Assembly: GCA_030648005.1 (NCBI GenBank)
Contig: JAUSIP010000004.1
Coordinates: forward strand, 1 to 61,321
Reading direction: 5' to 3'
Length of the DNA: 61,321 nt
From: a bacterium
Lineage (GTDB): Bacteria > Patescibacteriota > Minisyncoccia > Phycocordibacterales > UBA12445
Positions 15,667 to 25,103 of this stretch are shown here, in pieces; position 1 is the first letter of the stretch, and the number at the start of each line of letters is the position of its first letter. Both the position numbers and the translations under genes were made by a program. The notes beneath the pieces were generated by a model. It was not told the origin of the DNA. It saw only the letters and a program-made list of their open reading frames with translations, and did no database searches.

Positions 15667-16770
15667 CTACGCTAACTCGACCACCTTTTCGACTATCTGC
15701 TTAACATCCTCTTCCTTGAGTCCAATGTAGAAAGGCAGGGCAAGACTAGAATTACTTGTTCTTTCAGAAATCGGGAAGTCTCCCTTCTTCCAACCTAAAT
15801 CTTTATAGAATTTAAAAAGATGGATTGACGGCAAGTATGGCTTAGTGCTAATACCGATCTTGGCCAACTTGTTTATGACCTCATCCCGCTTTACTTTTTT
15901 ATTCTTAAACAAAATAGCGTAAACAAACCAAGTATGATTGTTGCCGGGCCCGGTCAATGGAAGTTGTATACGGTCGGAATACTTGGCAAAGTGTTTGTCA
16001 TACAGTGCAGCCAACTTCTGGCGTTCGCTTATTAGCCAATCGATCTTCTCTACCTGTGCCAGACCGACTGCGGCACTCATCTCATCCATGCGGAAGTTGT
16101 AGCCCAGAATCTTGTGGTCGAGCCACTGTGGGTTGAAGTCACGCCCTTGATTGCGCAGGCTGCAAGCCAGCTCATAAATCTTCTTGTTGTCGGTCACCAA
16201 CATTCCACCTTCGCCGGTTGTCATTTGCTTATTGGGATAGAAGGCGAAGACGGCTGATTCGCCGAAAGTGCCGACATTCTTGCCGTAGTTCTCCGCCATC
16301 AACGATTCGCAGGCATCCTCTATGATCTTCAACTTATACTTCTTGGCGATCTTCATAATAGCCTTCATGTCGGCAGACTGTCCGAATATGTGTACTACCA
16401 GAATAGCTTTGGTCTTCTTCGTAATATGTTTCTCAATCTCCTTCGGGTCGATGTTGTAGGTCACAGGATCAACATCGACGAAGATAGGCTTCGCTCCGAC
16501 GTACAGGATGCAGTTGGAAGATGCAATAAAAGAGAAGGGAGTGGTGATCACCTCATCGCCCGGCTTAAGTCCTGCGCACATTGTCGCAATATGCAGGCCT
16601 GCAGTACCGCTGCTTACCGATACGGCATACTTCGTACCTACCTTCTTAGCAAACTCGACTTCAAACCTCTTTATGAAAGGTCCGAGAGCCAAAACGCCGG
16701 AGTCCAAAACCTCCATAACATACTTCTTCTCCTGATCTCCTATATGTGGTTTACCTGATGGGTAGTTCAT
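15667..16770 (-). CDS. DegT/DnrJ/EryC1/StrS sugar aminotransferase
   Basis: IIEDACESLMAENYGKNVGTFGESAVFAFYPNKQMTTGEGGMLVT is the canonical family motif. Confidence 0.85.
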   Translation of the reverse strand: MNYPSGKPHIGDQEKKYVMEVLDSGVLALGPFIKRFEVEFAKKVGTKYAVSVSSGTAGLHIATMCAGLKPGDEVITTPFSFIASSNCILYVGAKPIFVDVDPVTYNIDPKEIEKHITKKTKAILVVHIFGQSADMKAIMKIAKKYKLKIIEDACESLMAENYGKNVGTFGESAVFAFYPNKQMTTGEGGMLVTDNKKIYELACSLRNQGRDFNPQWLDHKILGYNFRMDEMSAAVGLAQVEKIDWLISERQKLAALYDKHFAKYSDRIQLPLTGPGNNHTWFVYAILFKNKKVKRDEVINKLAKIGISTKPYLPSIHLFKFYKDLGWKKGDFPISERTSNSSLALPFYIGLKEEDVKQIVEKVVELA

Positions 16771-17453
16771 TTCATTTTCATAAGTTTATAAAGCTTCTCG
16801 GCGAACTCTATATCTTCGTAGGTATCAATATCGGCGCTCTTCTCGAAGGGCATTACAAACTTCGAGAGCTTCTTGCCATAAAACTTCTTCTCTTTCAGGA
16901 AATTCTTCACCTCCACCCAGCGTATAGCGGCTATCGGACAGTAGATATCTTTTGGTAAAAGTTTAGAATCTATTAAATATTTTTTAAAGAAGAAGCTTAT
17001 AAAACCCTTCTTCTCCTGGAGCGCCCAGAAAGGATAGTGCGGATACTTCACCACACTCATTGAACAGTTGGACTTCTTATTTGCCATCAACTCCTTGTAA
17101 GATTGCTTCAGGTCATCCCCCTCTACCAGCGGACTGGCTGGCATCATCATACAGAGGTGATCAAACTTTTTAGGGGCAAGCTGTTTCAAGAGATCCAAAG
17201 TTGCATCCTCTAGGTTCGCCTTATCACCGGAAATAGCATCAGGACGGCGAAGCGGCTTAGCACCGTACTTAACGGCTACATCTAGGATCTGCTCCGAATC
17301 AGAACTGACATATATATCATCACCAAAAAGTCCGGACTTCTGCGCAGCTTCAATACTGTGTACCATAAGCGGCTTGCCGGCGAAATCTATAATGTTCTTC
17401 AGAGGAATTCTCTTGGATCCTCCTCGGGCCGGAATTATACAAACGTTTTTCAT
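16767..17453 (-). CDS. CMP-nonulosonate (acylneuraminate/pseudaminate-type) cytidylyltransferase
   Basis: CIIPARGGSKRIPLKNI...GKPLMVHSIEAA matches the NeuA/PseF/LegF N-terminal signature. Confidence 0.8.
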   Translation of the reverse strand: MKNVCIIPARGGSKRIPLKNIIDFAGKPLMVHSIEAAQKSGLFGDDIYVSSDSEQILDVAVKYGAKPLRRPDAISGDKANLEDATLDLLKQLAPKKFDHLCMMMPASPLVEGDDLKQSYKELMANKKSNCSMSVVKYPHYPFWALQEKKGFISFFFKKYLIDSKLLPKDIYCPIAAIRWVEVKNFLKEKKFYGKKLSKFVMPFEKSADIDTYEDIEFAEKLYKLMKMK

Positions 17454-18034
17454 ATATTTTTATCTTCGATATCCCCTATTATAATACTGCCCATCTTAAT
17501 AAAATTATTTTGGCCTATCTTGATGTGATCGCGAATCGTACTGTTCAGACCCACAAACACTCCATCCTCTATCACAACTCCTCCACCAGTCACAACCCCT
17601 GGCGTTAAGTGACAGTGACTACCAACAATATTATCATGCTCAACAATACATCCATTATTTATTATCGTATTGTCACCGATTGAACTGCCGATGTTAATAT
17701 ATGCATTTGCACCAACGAAAACATTCTCACCAATAGATACGCCTGCTTCGATTAGAGCGCGTGGATGAATCAAGCTAACGAACTTGCAGCCACCTTTCCT
17801 TAAGATATCGAAAAGTTTTTTGCGAGCGGGATTCTTGCCGATCGCAACATGAAAATAGTGATCTTTAAAGTTGATATGGTCGTCAACCTTACCCAACACC
17901 TTACTATTTTTATCAGAAGATATAGAGTCATCCAGAAACCCGGCGAACTCCATATCCTTGTGGTAGGCTAGACAGTTAAGTGCAACCGCCCCCTGCTCCC
18001 CGGCTCCGACTATAATAACTTTTTTGTTTAACAT
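17450..18034 (-). CDS. NeuD/PglD-family hexapeptide sugar N-acetyltransferase
   Basis: N-terminal Rossmann-like VIIVGAGEQGAVALNCL, followed by left-handed beta-helix repeats in the C-terminal half. Confidence 0.75.
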   Translation of the reverse strand: MLNKKVIIVGAGEQGAVALNCLAYHKDMEFAGFLDDSISSDKNSKVLGKVDDHINFKDHYFHVAIGKNPARKKLFDILRKGGCKFVSLIHPRALIEAGVSIGENVFVGANAYINIGSSIGDNTIINNGCIVEHDNIVGSHCHLTPGVVTGGGVVIEDGVFVGLNSTIRDHIKIGQNNFIKMGSIIIGDIEDKNI

Positions 18035-19008
18035 AAAACTCTCTTAAGGTGATCCCGGGATTTGATCGACTCGCTGTGGTATGTCTCGTGGCTAGCTCCG
18101 CGCGGCCAGATCTCCATTACAATATTTATAGGCTCTGTAGCGATCAACTTCGGTAAATAATCCTTAAGCATTGGGTAGTTGAGCTTGTCGTCTGACTCAC
18201 CTAAGCAAAGATGTTCTCCCGAGAGGGGCAAGAAGGCCTTTTCATCAAACCAGTAAGCATCCGGCTTCGTACCATTGAAGTGGAAAAATAATATATTAGA
18301 CCTGAGCTTAGCAAACTCGTCTAAAGATGCCCGCACGAGATCCTCCACTCCCGTCGGACCCTTATCATTAAGATATTTGAACCAGGTTTTTTTCAAAGCC
18401 TGTTTCTGTTGTGATGCTGTATCTGCGAGACTAAATATCTCCTGATAGAACTGCGGATATTTTTTTATAAAGTCTTCAAAGACCGCAGTGACATATATAT
18501 GTTCTATATCGAGAACGATATGGAATGGTATCTCCAAATGAGAACCAAGTTCGCGGAAATCGTCGGGTGTTACCAGTAGAGACCGGTTGCTGCCGATCAG
18601 ATTGAAGTAGGCTATGTCCGTCTCGAAAGCTACTTTTATAGAATCGCTAAGCTCCTCCTTCAAGCTGTTGACCCTATCAGCCAAGAGTTTAATGTGATCT
18701 CTTCTTTCTGAAAGATATTCGTTGATATAGTTGCCGTGGATCACAATAGTGCCCTTGAAGCTGGCCGAGTTAAGCACGGCTACCAGATCCTTCATATTCT
18801 TAAAGGATTTATCACCTAGCTCCCCGGTACTGGAGAGATCGAAGTCCTTCCTCGGTTGATGAACAGAAGAGATATTCAGATGCTTCATCATCTCCGGCAA
18901 GTATTTGAAATCCTGATCAGAAGCCAGATAAACTTCATAACCAACAAACTCGCTGTTATTAAACAACTTATAATTATCTTTATTTACTTTTCCTCTTATA
19001 TTTATCAT
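18028..19008 (-). CDS. hypothetical enzyme, possibly xylose-isomerase-like TIM barrel
   Basis: Periodic metal/acid-like motifs: SSVHQP, VIHGNY, AFETD, LDIEHI, FHFNG, VMEIW. Assignment is weak. ATG 19008 lies 1 nt after the upstream stop. Confidence 0.35.
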   Translation of the reverse strand: MINIRGKVNKDNYKLFNNSEFVGYEVYLASDQDFKYLPEMMKHLNISSVHQPRKDFDLSSTGELGDKSFKNMKDLVAVLNSASFKGTIVIHGNYINEYLSERRDHIKLLADRVNSLKEELSDSIKVAFETDIAYFNLIGSNRSLLVTPDDFRELGSHLEIPFHIVLDIEHIYVTAVFEDFIKKYPQFYQEIFSLADTASQQKQALKKTWFKYLNDKGPTGVEDLVRASLDEFAKLRSNILFFHFNGTKPDAYWFDEKAFLPLSGEHLCLGESDDKLNYPMLKDYLPKLIATEPINIVMEIWPRGASHETYHSESIKSRDHLKRVLC

Positions 19009-19009
19009 T

Positions 19010-20041
19010 CTATCTCTCAAGATCGGAATGTTTTATTATGGTATTCCTAAGTAGATTGCGTTTAGCTCGTTTGCCAACTACCTTATCCATCTCCGAAGAT
19101 GACAGACCTGTCCCAGGCCTCTTAACTCCTAGCATATCTTCCGTTATTTTAGCGCCCTTGTCAATAGCCTTATCGGCGACGATACTTCTTCTCATAAACT
19201 GACGCATATCCTTCTCGCTCTTGCTGATTACAATATTCTTCTCGTTCAAATTTACCGCCTTCTCCAGATATCTAATCTCTTTAACCATCTGCTTAAGCTC
19301 GGCCGGATCTATCGATCTTGCCTGATCAAGTCCCGACATATTCTTGTCCAAGGTGAAATGCTTCTCAATTATCTTCGCACCTAACGGAATAGTTGAGACG
19401 GAGACGAAAATGCCCGGCGTGTGGTCGGAGTAACCGATAGTATTCTTCGGAAAGGCTTTCTTCAATATGCCGATCGCTTGGAGATTCAGGTCGGAAGCTG
19501 TGGGAGGATAGAGTGCGGTACAGTGAAGGATCCCGATCTCTTTGATGCCACCCTTCTCTAATATTTTAACAGCCTCTTTGATTTCCTTCATGTCACCCAT
19601 ACCAACAGAGAAGATGACCGGCTTCTTTGTCTTAGCAACCATCTTCAATAGGTAGTGATTATTGAGATCGCATGACGCGACTTTAAAAAGAGGTACGCCC
19701 ATCTTGACCGCCACATCAAGTGAGCGCCTACCGAAGACCGAATTGAAGAGTATAATCCCCTCCTTCTTAGCAAACTCCGCCAACTTCATAAAATTATCAT
19801 CAGACATCTCTGAATCCACCAGCATATCAAAAAGGCTCTTACCATTCTGATCTTTAAAGAGATCATGCTTAGTGCCTGGTGGGTTTTCCATTATTAGCTC
19901 ATCAGTTTTGAACGACTGGAATTTGATAGCGTCCACCCCGCACTCTTTGGCAGCGGTTATCAACTTCTTGGCGATCTCAATATCGCCGTTGTGATTGATG
20001 CCGGCCTCAGCGATGATAAATGTACGGTCATACTTTAACAT
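19010..20041 (-). CDS. nonulosonic acid synthase (NeuB/PseI/LegI family) with C-terminal SAF domain
   Basis: FIIAEAGINHNGDIEIAKKLI..AKECGVDAIKFQ, and the SDHTPG motif. Confidence 0.85.
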   Translation of the reverse strand: MLKYDRTFIIAEAGINHNGDIEIAKKLITAAKECGVDAIKFQSFKTDELIMENPPGTKHDLFKDQNGKSLFDMLVDSEMSDDNFMKLAEFAKKEGIILFNSVFGRRSLDVAVKMGVPLFKVASCDLNNHYLLKMVAKTKKPVIFSVGMGDMKEIKEAVKILEKGGIKEIGILHCTALYPPTASDLNLQAIGILKKAFPKNTIGYSDHTPGIFVSVSTIPLGAKIIEKHFTLDKNMSGLDQARSIDPAELKQMVKEIRYLEKAVNLNEKNIVISKSEKDMRQFMRRSIVADKAIDKGAKITEDMLGVKRPGTGLSSSEMDKVVGKRAKRNLLRNTIIKHSDLER

Positions 20042-21068
20042 AATTTTTTATTAATTTTATAACATTATCCCCTGCGTTCTTGATTATAGAGAACCCCTTA
20101 AGATCAGCCTTATTCCTAATATTAACACCTGAACCCGTAAAATAGTTACCTAGAATTTGCCGTAGCTCCTCACTGTCAGTCACCAGCCTAGACATGCCCA
20201 TCTTGTTGCTAACCAAAACATCTGTGCCGTCCTTAAGCCCAGGCTGATAACTGATAACATCCTTCCCGGCCAATCCGGCCTGCAGAAGCACCATTGAGTT
20301 CATGCCGATTATCAGATCTGCACGAGAGATAGATGTTCGAACATCAGTAGTATCGTCGTCCAAAGAAATATTTTTGCGACTTTTTATCACCTCGTTGAAC
20401 TTCCCCTGCTCTTCCTTTGGATGAGGGCGAATGATTAATTTATAATCATTATGATCTTCCAAAATTTCCAAGAGATCATCTAGCACATCAAATTCTGTAT
20501 AGCCGAAATTCGTGGCGACATTCTCCGTGTCACTGTATGGCTGGGAAATAAATAGAATGCGGTTTTTCTCTCTAAGCTCCGGGCTGATCGACTCGATGAA
20601 AGAATCGAAGTGCGGATTACCTGTGACTCGTATCATCTCTTGAACAAACCCATCCTTAATCATCTCTTTGCTTGCGAAGTCGTCCATGACACAGATCACG
20701 TCTGGTAGATACTTAAAATCCTTCACCTTTAGACTGGAGAATCTCTGCCAATAGTTAGACCAGAAATCTAAGATGTATATCGTCTTGGTCTTACCTTTTA
20801 CTAGCTCGAGTATCCTCTTATCTATCGTATAGCCAAAACTGCTTCCAGCAACAAAGATATCTGGATGCAAGTCTGTTATTATCTTCTGTAGTTCCACCTC
20901 CCCCAACTTATCACCATCCACAAAATCAATCCCGGCTTTAGTGAAAAGTTCCCTACTAGCTCCACCTAATATAAAGTGTAATTTGAATTCCTTAGATAGC
21001 TGTTCAATGAGTGGCAACAAGGTGTTGGCGCCACCAGGATCCGAAGCTGATAAGATTATATTTTGCAT
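20028..21068 (-). CDS. GT-B-fold protein in the PseG/NeuC position (UDP-sugar hydrolase/2-epimerase or transferase)
   Basis: Two Rossmann-like halves are suggested by IILSASDPGGANTLLPLI...IRPHPKE...GMNSMVLLQAGLAGKDVISY. Placement is between the aminotransferase and the NeuB-like synthase. Confidence 0.4.
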   Translation of the reverse strand: MQNIILSASDPGGANTLLPLIEQLSKEFKLHFILGGASRELFTKAGIDFVDGDKLGEVELQKIITDLHPDIFVAGSSFGYTIDKRILELVKGKTKTIYILDFWSNYWQRFSSLKVKDFKYLPDVICVMDDFASKEMIKDGFVQEMIRVTGNPHFDSFIESISPELREKNRILFISQPYSDTENVATNFGYTEFDVLDDLLEILEDHNDYKLIIRPHPKEEQGKFNEVIKSRKNISLDDDTTDVRTSISRADLIIGMNSMVLLQAGLAGKDVISYQPGLKDGTDVLVSNKMGMSRLVTDSEELRQILGNYFTGSGVNIRNKADLKGFSIIKNAGDNVIKLIKNYVKV

Positions 21069-22279
21069 ACTTTCTTAACAGCCGAGACAAACATATCGAT
21101 GTGCTTCTTCGTTCTAGGATACTGGCAGATATTGGTGAAGACAAGCTCCTTCTCATACATCCGTTCAACCACAGGGCAGCTACCCTTAGAATAATCAGGG
21201 TTGCCCGAATAGTGGGGACCCTCAAACGGGAAATTAGTATTATTAAAAGCCTTTTTCTCCTGAAACATCTTGAGTAAATAAAGCGGCTTAACATATCCGC
21301 CATATACAGGCATCCCAAGGGCTGTCATATCTTTGACGAAATCCGCACGCGAGATACCGAGCTTACCCTCATCTACTTTCATAGAGTAGAGATAGTAGAC
21401 ATGCTTATTCTCCTTCGCTACATACGGCAGGGTCAGTCCGTCTATGTCCTTCAGCTTTTTAGTTAGATACTCAACGAGTTCTGTTCTTTTTTTATTCAGA
21501 AAATCCAACTTACGTAGCTGTTCGTACGCGATAGCTGCCTCGATCTCCGTCATCCTGTAATTACTCCCGATGATCGGCCCAATATCCTCCTCCGGAGACT
21601 GATCGGCATACACCTCTCCGTGATTTCTTGCCAACTGTGCCCGTAAAGCATATTTGTCATTATTTGTGAGTAGAACTCCGCCCTCTCCGCTCTGGATAAC
21701 TTTGTGGAAATTCAGACTGAGGACACCTATATCGCCAATCGTGCCGGTGTACTTACCCTTATACTTTGCACCTGGAGACTGAGCGTTATCTTCAATAATT
21801 TTCAAATCAAACTCTTTAGCGATTTTGAGTAACTCATCGAAGTCAGACGGGCCGCCGAAGATGTTGACCGTCATGATCGCCTTCGTGCGTTTAGTCACAC
21901 ACTTACGAACAGAGACCGGATCAATACAAAAAGTTTTCTCATCAATATCAGCAAAGACTGGGACCGCACCATTCATAACGATTGCTGTGGCCGATGCGCA
22001 CATTGTATATGGAGAGACGATCACTTCATCGCCTGGGCCGATACCCAGAGCTACGACTGCCGCATGTAGAGCGGTAGTTGCGGAATTGAATGAGACGGCA
22101 TGCTTAACCTTAAACTTCTTACTAAATGCGGCTTCGGCTTTCTTAACATACGTCCCACCCAAAAATTGAGCCCCCTTCGCACCAACAAAGCCTGAAAGCG
22201 AACCGCTCTTCAACACCTTATTAACGGCGCTGATCTCTTTTTTACCGATATTATAAATCTCGGGAAATTTATTTTTCAT
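21056..22279 (-). CDS. DegT/DnrJ/EryC1/StrS sugar aminotransferase (PseC/LegC-role candidate)
   Basis: IIEDNAQSPGAKYKGKYTGTIGDIGVLSLNFHKVIQSGEGGVLLTN. Confidence 0.85.
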   Translation of the reverse strand: MKNKFPEIYNIGKKEISAVNKVLKSGSLSGFVGAKGAQFLGGTYVKKAEAAFSKKFKVKHAVSFNSATTALHAAVVALGIGPGDEVIVSPYTMCASATAIVMNGAVPVFADIDEKTFCIDPVSVRKCVTKRTKAIMTVNIFGGPSDFDELLKIAKEFDLKIIEDNAQSPGAKYKGKYTGTIGDIGVLSLNFHKVIQSGEGGVLLTNNDKYALRAQLARNHGEVYADQSPEEDIGPIIGSNYRMTEIEAAIAYEQLRKLDFLNKKRTELVEYLTKKLKDIDGLTLPYVAKENKHVYYLYSMKVDEGKLGISRADFVKDMTALGMPVYGGYVKPLYLLKMFQEKKAFNNTNFPFEGPHYSGNPDYSKGSCPVVERMYEKELVFTNICQYPRTKKHIDMFVSAVKKVCKI

Positions 22280-23261
22280 ACTTATTAAATGATTTAACTA
22301 TTTTATCTGCGACTCGTAAAGAATTTAGCGAGTCCAGACCTGAACACCTGTTCTTCTTATTGTAGATACTATCATACACCGGATAGAGGCCATCTTTGAT
22401 GCTGGTAAGACCCTTATTCGGCTGGAGCTTAAGAGAGGTATAGCCAGCAACGGTATTGTGCATATGGGGAAGATAAAGCTCGGCCCGCTCGTTGACTATT
22501 CTCACGCGTCCAAGCTCTCCTAATATATCTAACTCCAAAATATTATAAAAGTTATTATTCATCCCGTATATCACGCCGGAAACACCGTTCTTAAACTGTA
22601 TGCGAGCAGACAGGGTTGGATCTTTGCCAAAATCTTCGGCAGTCGGAGTCCTAAAGCCTGAAACTGTAGAAACTTCTCCAAACATTCGCATAAGCAGGTC
22701 AATAAAGTGTGTGCCGTTATTTAATAGCCCCCTAGTATATTTAACATCGAAAGTTTGTATCTTACCCAGAAAACCTGACTTAATCTTGTCTACAAGCTCT
22801 ATATAAGAGGGATTAAAAGCTCTGAAGTAGTTCACAAAGAGGTTGCATCCATTCTTATCTGCCTTCGCCACCAGCATCTCTGCCTCCGCTAGGGTACCAG
22901 CAACTGGCTTCTCGCATAAAATATTTTTTATTCCCATATCGATCAACTTGTTGCAGATCTTTGCGTGGCTATCTGTGTTGGTAGCAACCACAACAAGATC
23001 CGGCTTTGTTTCCGTAACCATCTTCTCCCAGTCGGAATAGACCGTGATCTCTAACTTATATTTTTTAGCGGCAACATTGAAACTACTTCTGGAATCTTCC
23101 GAGATATCAGATCCTGCGACCAGCTCAAATCCCTTATGATGTGCGAGTGCAGAAAGATGAGTGGCGTATTTCATCCCAAACAAGGCCATAGCATCAAACT
23201 CATAACCGTGAGCTATTCTGCCAAGGCCTATTATTACGGTTTTAATTTTTTTAGTTGCCAT
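22269..23261 (-). CDS. Gfo/Idh/MocA-family sugar oxidoreductase
   Basis: KTVIIGLGRIAHGY dinucleotide fold and the LCEKPVA (EKP) motif. Confidence 0.75.
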   Translation of the reverse strand: MATKKIKTVIIGLGRIAHGYEFDAMALFGMKYATHLSALAHHKGFELVAGSDISEDSRSSFNVAAKKYKLEITVYSDWEKMVTETKPDLVVVATNTDSHAKICNKLIDMGIKNILCEKPVAGTLAEAEMLVAKADKNGCNLFVNYFRAFNPSYIELVDKIKSGFLGKIQTFDVKYTRGLLNNGTHFIDLLMRMFGEVSTVSGFRTPTAEDFGKDPTLSARIQFKNGVSGVIYGMNNNFYNILELDILGELGRVRIVNERAELYLPHMHNTVAGYTSLKLQPNKGLTSIKDGLYPVYDSIYNKKNRCSGLDSLNSLRVADKIVKSFNKYEK

Positions 23262-24257
23262 TTAACTCAAGATATCTTTGGCTTTTTCCGGAGCAGTTAG
23301 GAATTCCTTATGATCACTTGTGTAGTGAAAGTCAGCCAAAACCTTTGGTTTCTTCTTAAGCCATTTTATGTTCTCTGCATACTGAGGATTCTCCGGTTTA
23401 ACAGCATAAGCTCGGCCTATGTCTGTCGTCCTTTTCGCTTCATGCTCGGTTATAAGCTCCTCATGTATCTTCTCTCCCGGCCTGATGCCGATAACTTCTA
23501 TCTCGCACTTAGGCGCTAGATACTTAATAACATCTAGCACTAACATGCTCTTCATCTTAGGTACAAAGAGCTCACCACCCTCCATGTTTGGAAGTATTGA
23601 ATCTAGTATTATATCTAAAACTTTATCTATTGGGATCCAGAAGCGGGTCATCCTGTGGTCGGTCAACTTGATCACCCCGGTCTGCTTCTGCTTCTCTATC
23701 ATCTCAATCAGGCTTCCTCGCGAACCGATGACGTTGCCATATCGGACGACGCTGAACTTTGACTTCTTACTGTCGCCTACATAAACATTGCCGGCCAAAA
23801 ATAATCTTTCAGCAGCCAGCTTTGTCGCTCCGTAGAGATTTATCGGAGCAACAGCCTTGTCGGAAGAGATCAAGAGAACCCTGTCGATGTTGTTATCCAA
23901 AGCAGCTTCTATAACATTCTGACTTCCGAGAATATTAGTCTTGACGGCCTCAAATGGGTTGTATTCAATTGCCGGAACCTGCTTCAAGGCAGCAGCATGG
24001 ACGACAATATCAACTCCACTGAAAGCCCTCTGAAGTCTCGGCAGATCTCTGATGTCTCCGATAAAAAATCGCAGTCTAGGAAGATGCTCCGCCAGTTCTC
24101 TCTGCATCTCATTCTGCTTGAACTCGTCCCGACTAAAAATGATTACTTTCTTAACCTTGCTCTCTTTTAAGAGTTTATTGACAAAAGCTCGGCCAAATGT
24201 GCCTGTACCACCTGTTATTAATACTGTTTTACCCTTTAAATAGCTTAAATTTGACAT
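23262..24257 (-). CDS. UDP-GlcNAc 4,6-dehydratase (PseB/FlaA1/CapD-like)
   Basis: KTVLITGGTGTFGRAF, FFIGDIRD, HAAALKQVP and YGATKLAAE. ATG 24257 is preferred over TTG 24269. Confidence 0.85.
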   Translation of the reverse strand: MSNLSYLKGKTVLITGGTGTFGRAFVNKLLKESKVKKVIIFSRDEFKQNEMQRELAEHLPRLRFFIGDIRDLPRLQRAFSGVDIVVHAAALKQVPAIEYNPFEAVKTNILGSQNVIEAALDNNIDRVLLISSDKAVAPINLYGATKLAAERLFLAGNVYVGDSKKSKFSVVRYGNVIGSRGSLIEMIEKQKQTGVIKLTDHRMTRFWIPIDKVLDIILDSILPNMEGGELFVPKMKSMLVLDVIKYLAPKCEIEVIGIRPGEKIHEELITEHEAKRTTDIGRAYAVKPENPQYAENIKWLKKKPKVLADFHYTSDHKEFLTAPEKAKDILS

Positions 24258-24323
24258 GTTACAGTACAACCTACCATATTATAAAAAAGTTTCAAGCCCC
24301 CTTTTCTAATGTGGAGTACTCCG

Positions 24324-25103
24324 TTATTTTGGTTCAAAATAGAGCCAGCCGGCGTTCTTCTCCGGCCAGGGAAGCAAGCTGTCGTACCTTGCCTCGTTCA
24401 TACTGCTCGTTACAAAATATTTTTTAAAAAGAGTCCGATAGATAAGCGGAATTGAAATGGGAAAATCTTCTGGTATTCTCCTCCTCTCCTTTGTCTCCAT
24501 AAATTTGTGAGTATCCTTGAACCGGGCAACCAGAGTGTCGACTATCCCCGGCACTACACATTCATGCGCCTCCACCAAGATATAGCACTTATTGAGTTTT
24601 GATATCAAAGAGTTATCGAGCAGTTCCTTCTCCCCGCCCTCGATATCCATCATCACCAAAGTTTTTTTATTCTCGGCAATCGTATCAGACAACGACTTCG
24701 TATCACAAAATCCCTTAGTTGAAACTCTGCCCGAGACACCATTGCTCTCCGCCATCTTCTTGATTAAATCTCGCCCTCTCTCCTCTGACTCAAATGCAAT
24801 GACTTCAGCCGAAGGACTTCTCATGGCCATGCCGACAGCATAGTAACCCTCTGCTGCGCCGACATCTATAATGGTATTGAAAGATTCTCTAAGCACTTTT
24901 TCAAGGATTGGAACAAGCTCTAACTCATAAGTTCCAAGGTACTTCGGCAACAGCCTGCTTCCCACACTCCCTTCTACATACTTCATACCCTTGAAGAGTC
25001 CCGAGGCAACCATATCTCCTGTCTTAGCGCGTATGAAAGGGGTTACATATCTGCGTGTTATAAAATTCTCGAGATAGCGATCTAAAATACGCAGGGTTTT
25101 CAT
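24324..25103 (-). CDS. FkbM-family SAM-dependent methyltransferase
   Basis: IIDVGAAEGYYAVGMA...VIAFESEE...VMMDIEGGEKELL. Confidence 0.75.
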   Translation of the reverse strand: MKTLRILDRYLENFITRRYVTPFIRAKTGDMVASGLFKGMKYVEGSVGSRLLPKYLGTYELELVPILEKVLRESFNTIIDVGAAEGYYAVGMAMRSPSAEVIAFESEERGRDLIKKMAESNGVSGRVSTKGFCDTKSLSDTIAENKKTLVMMDIEGGEKELLDNSLISKLNKCYILVEAHECVVPGIVDTLVARFKDTHKFMETKERRRIPEDFPISIPLIYRTLFKKYFVTSSMNEARYDSLLPWPEKNAGWLYFEPK

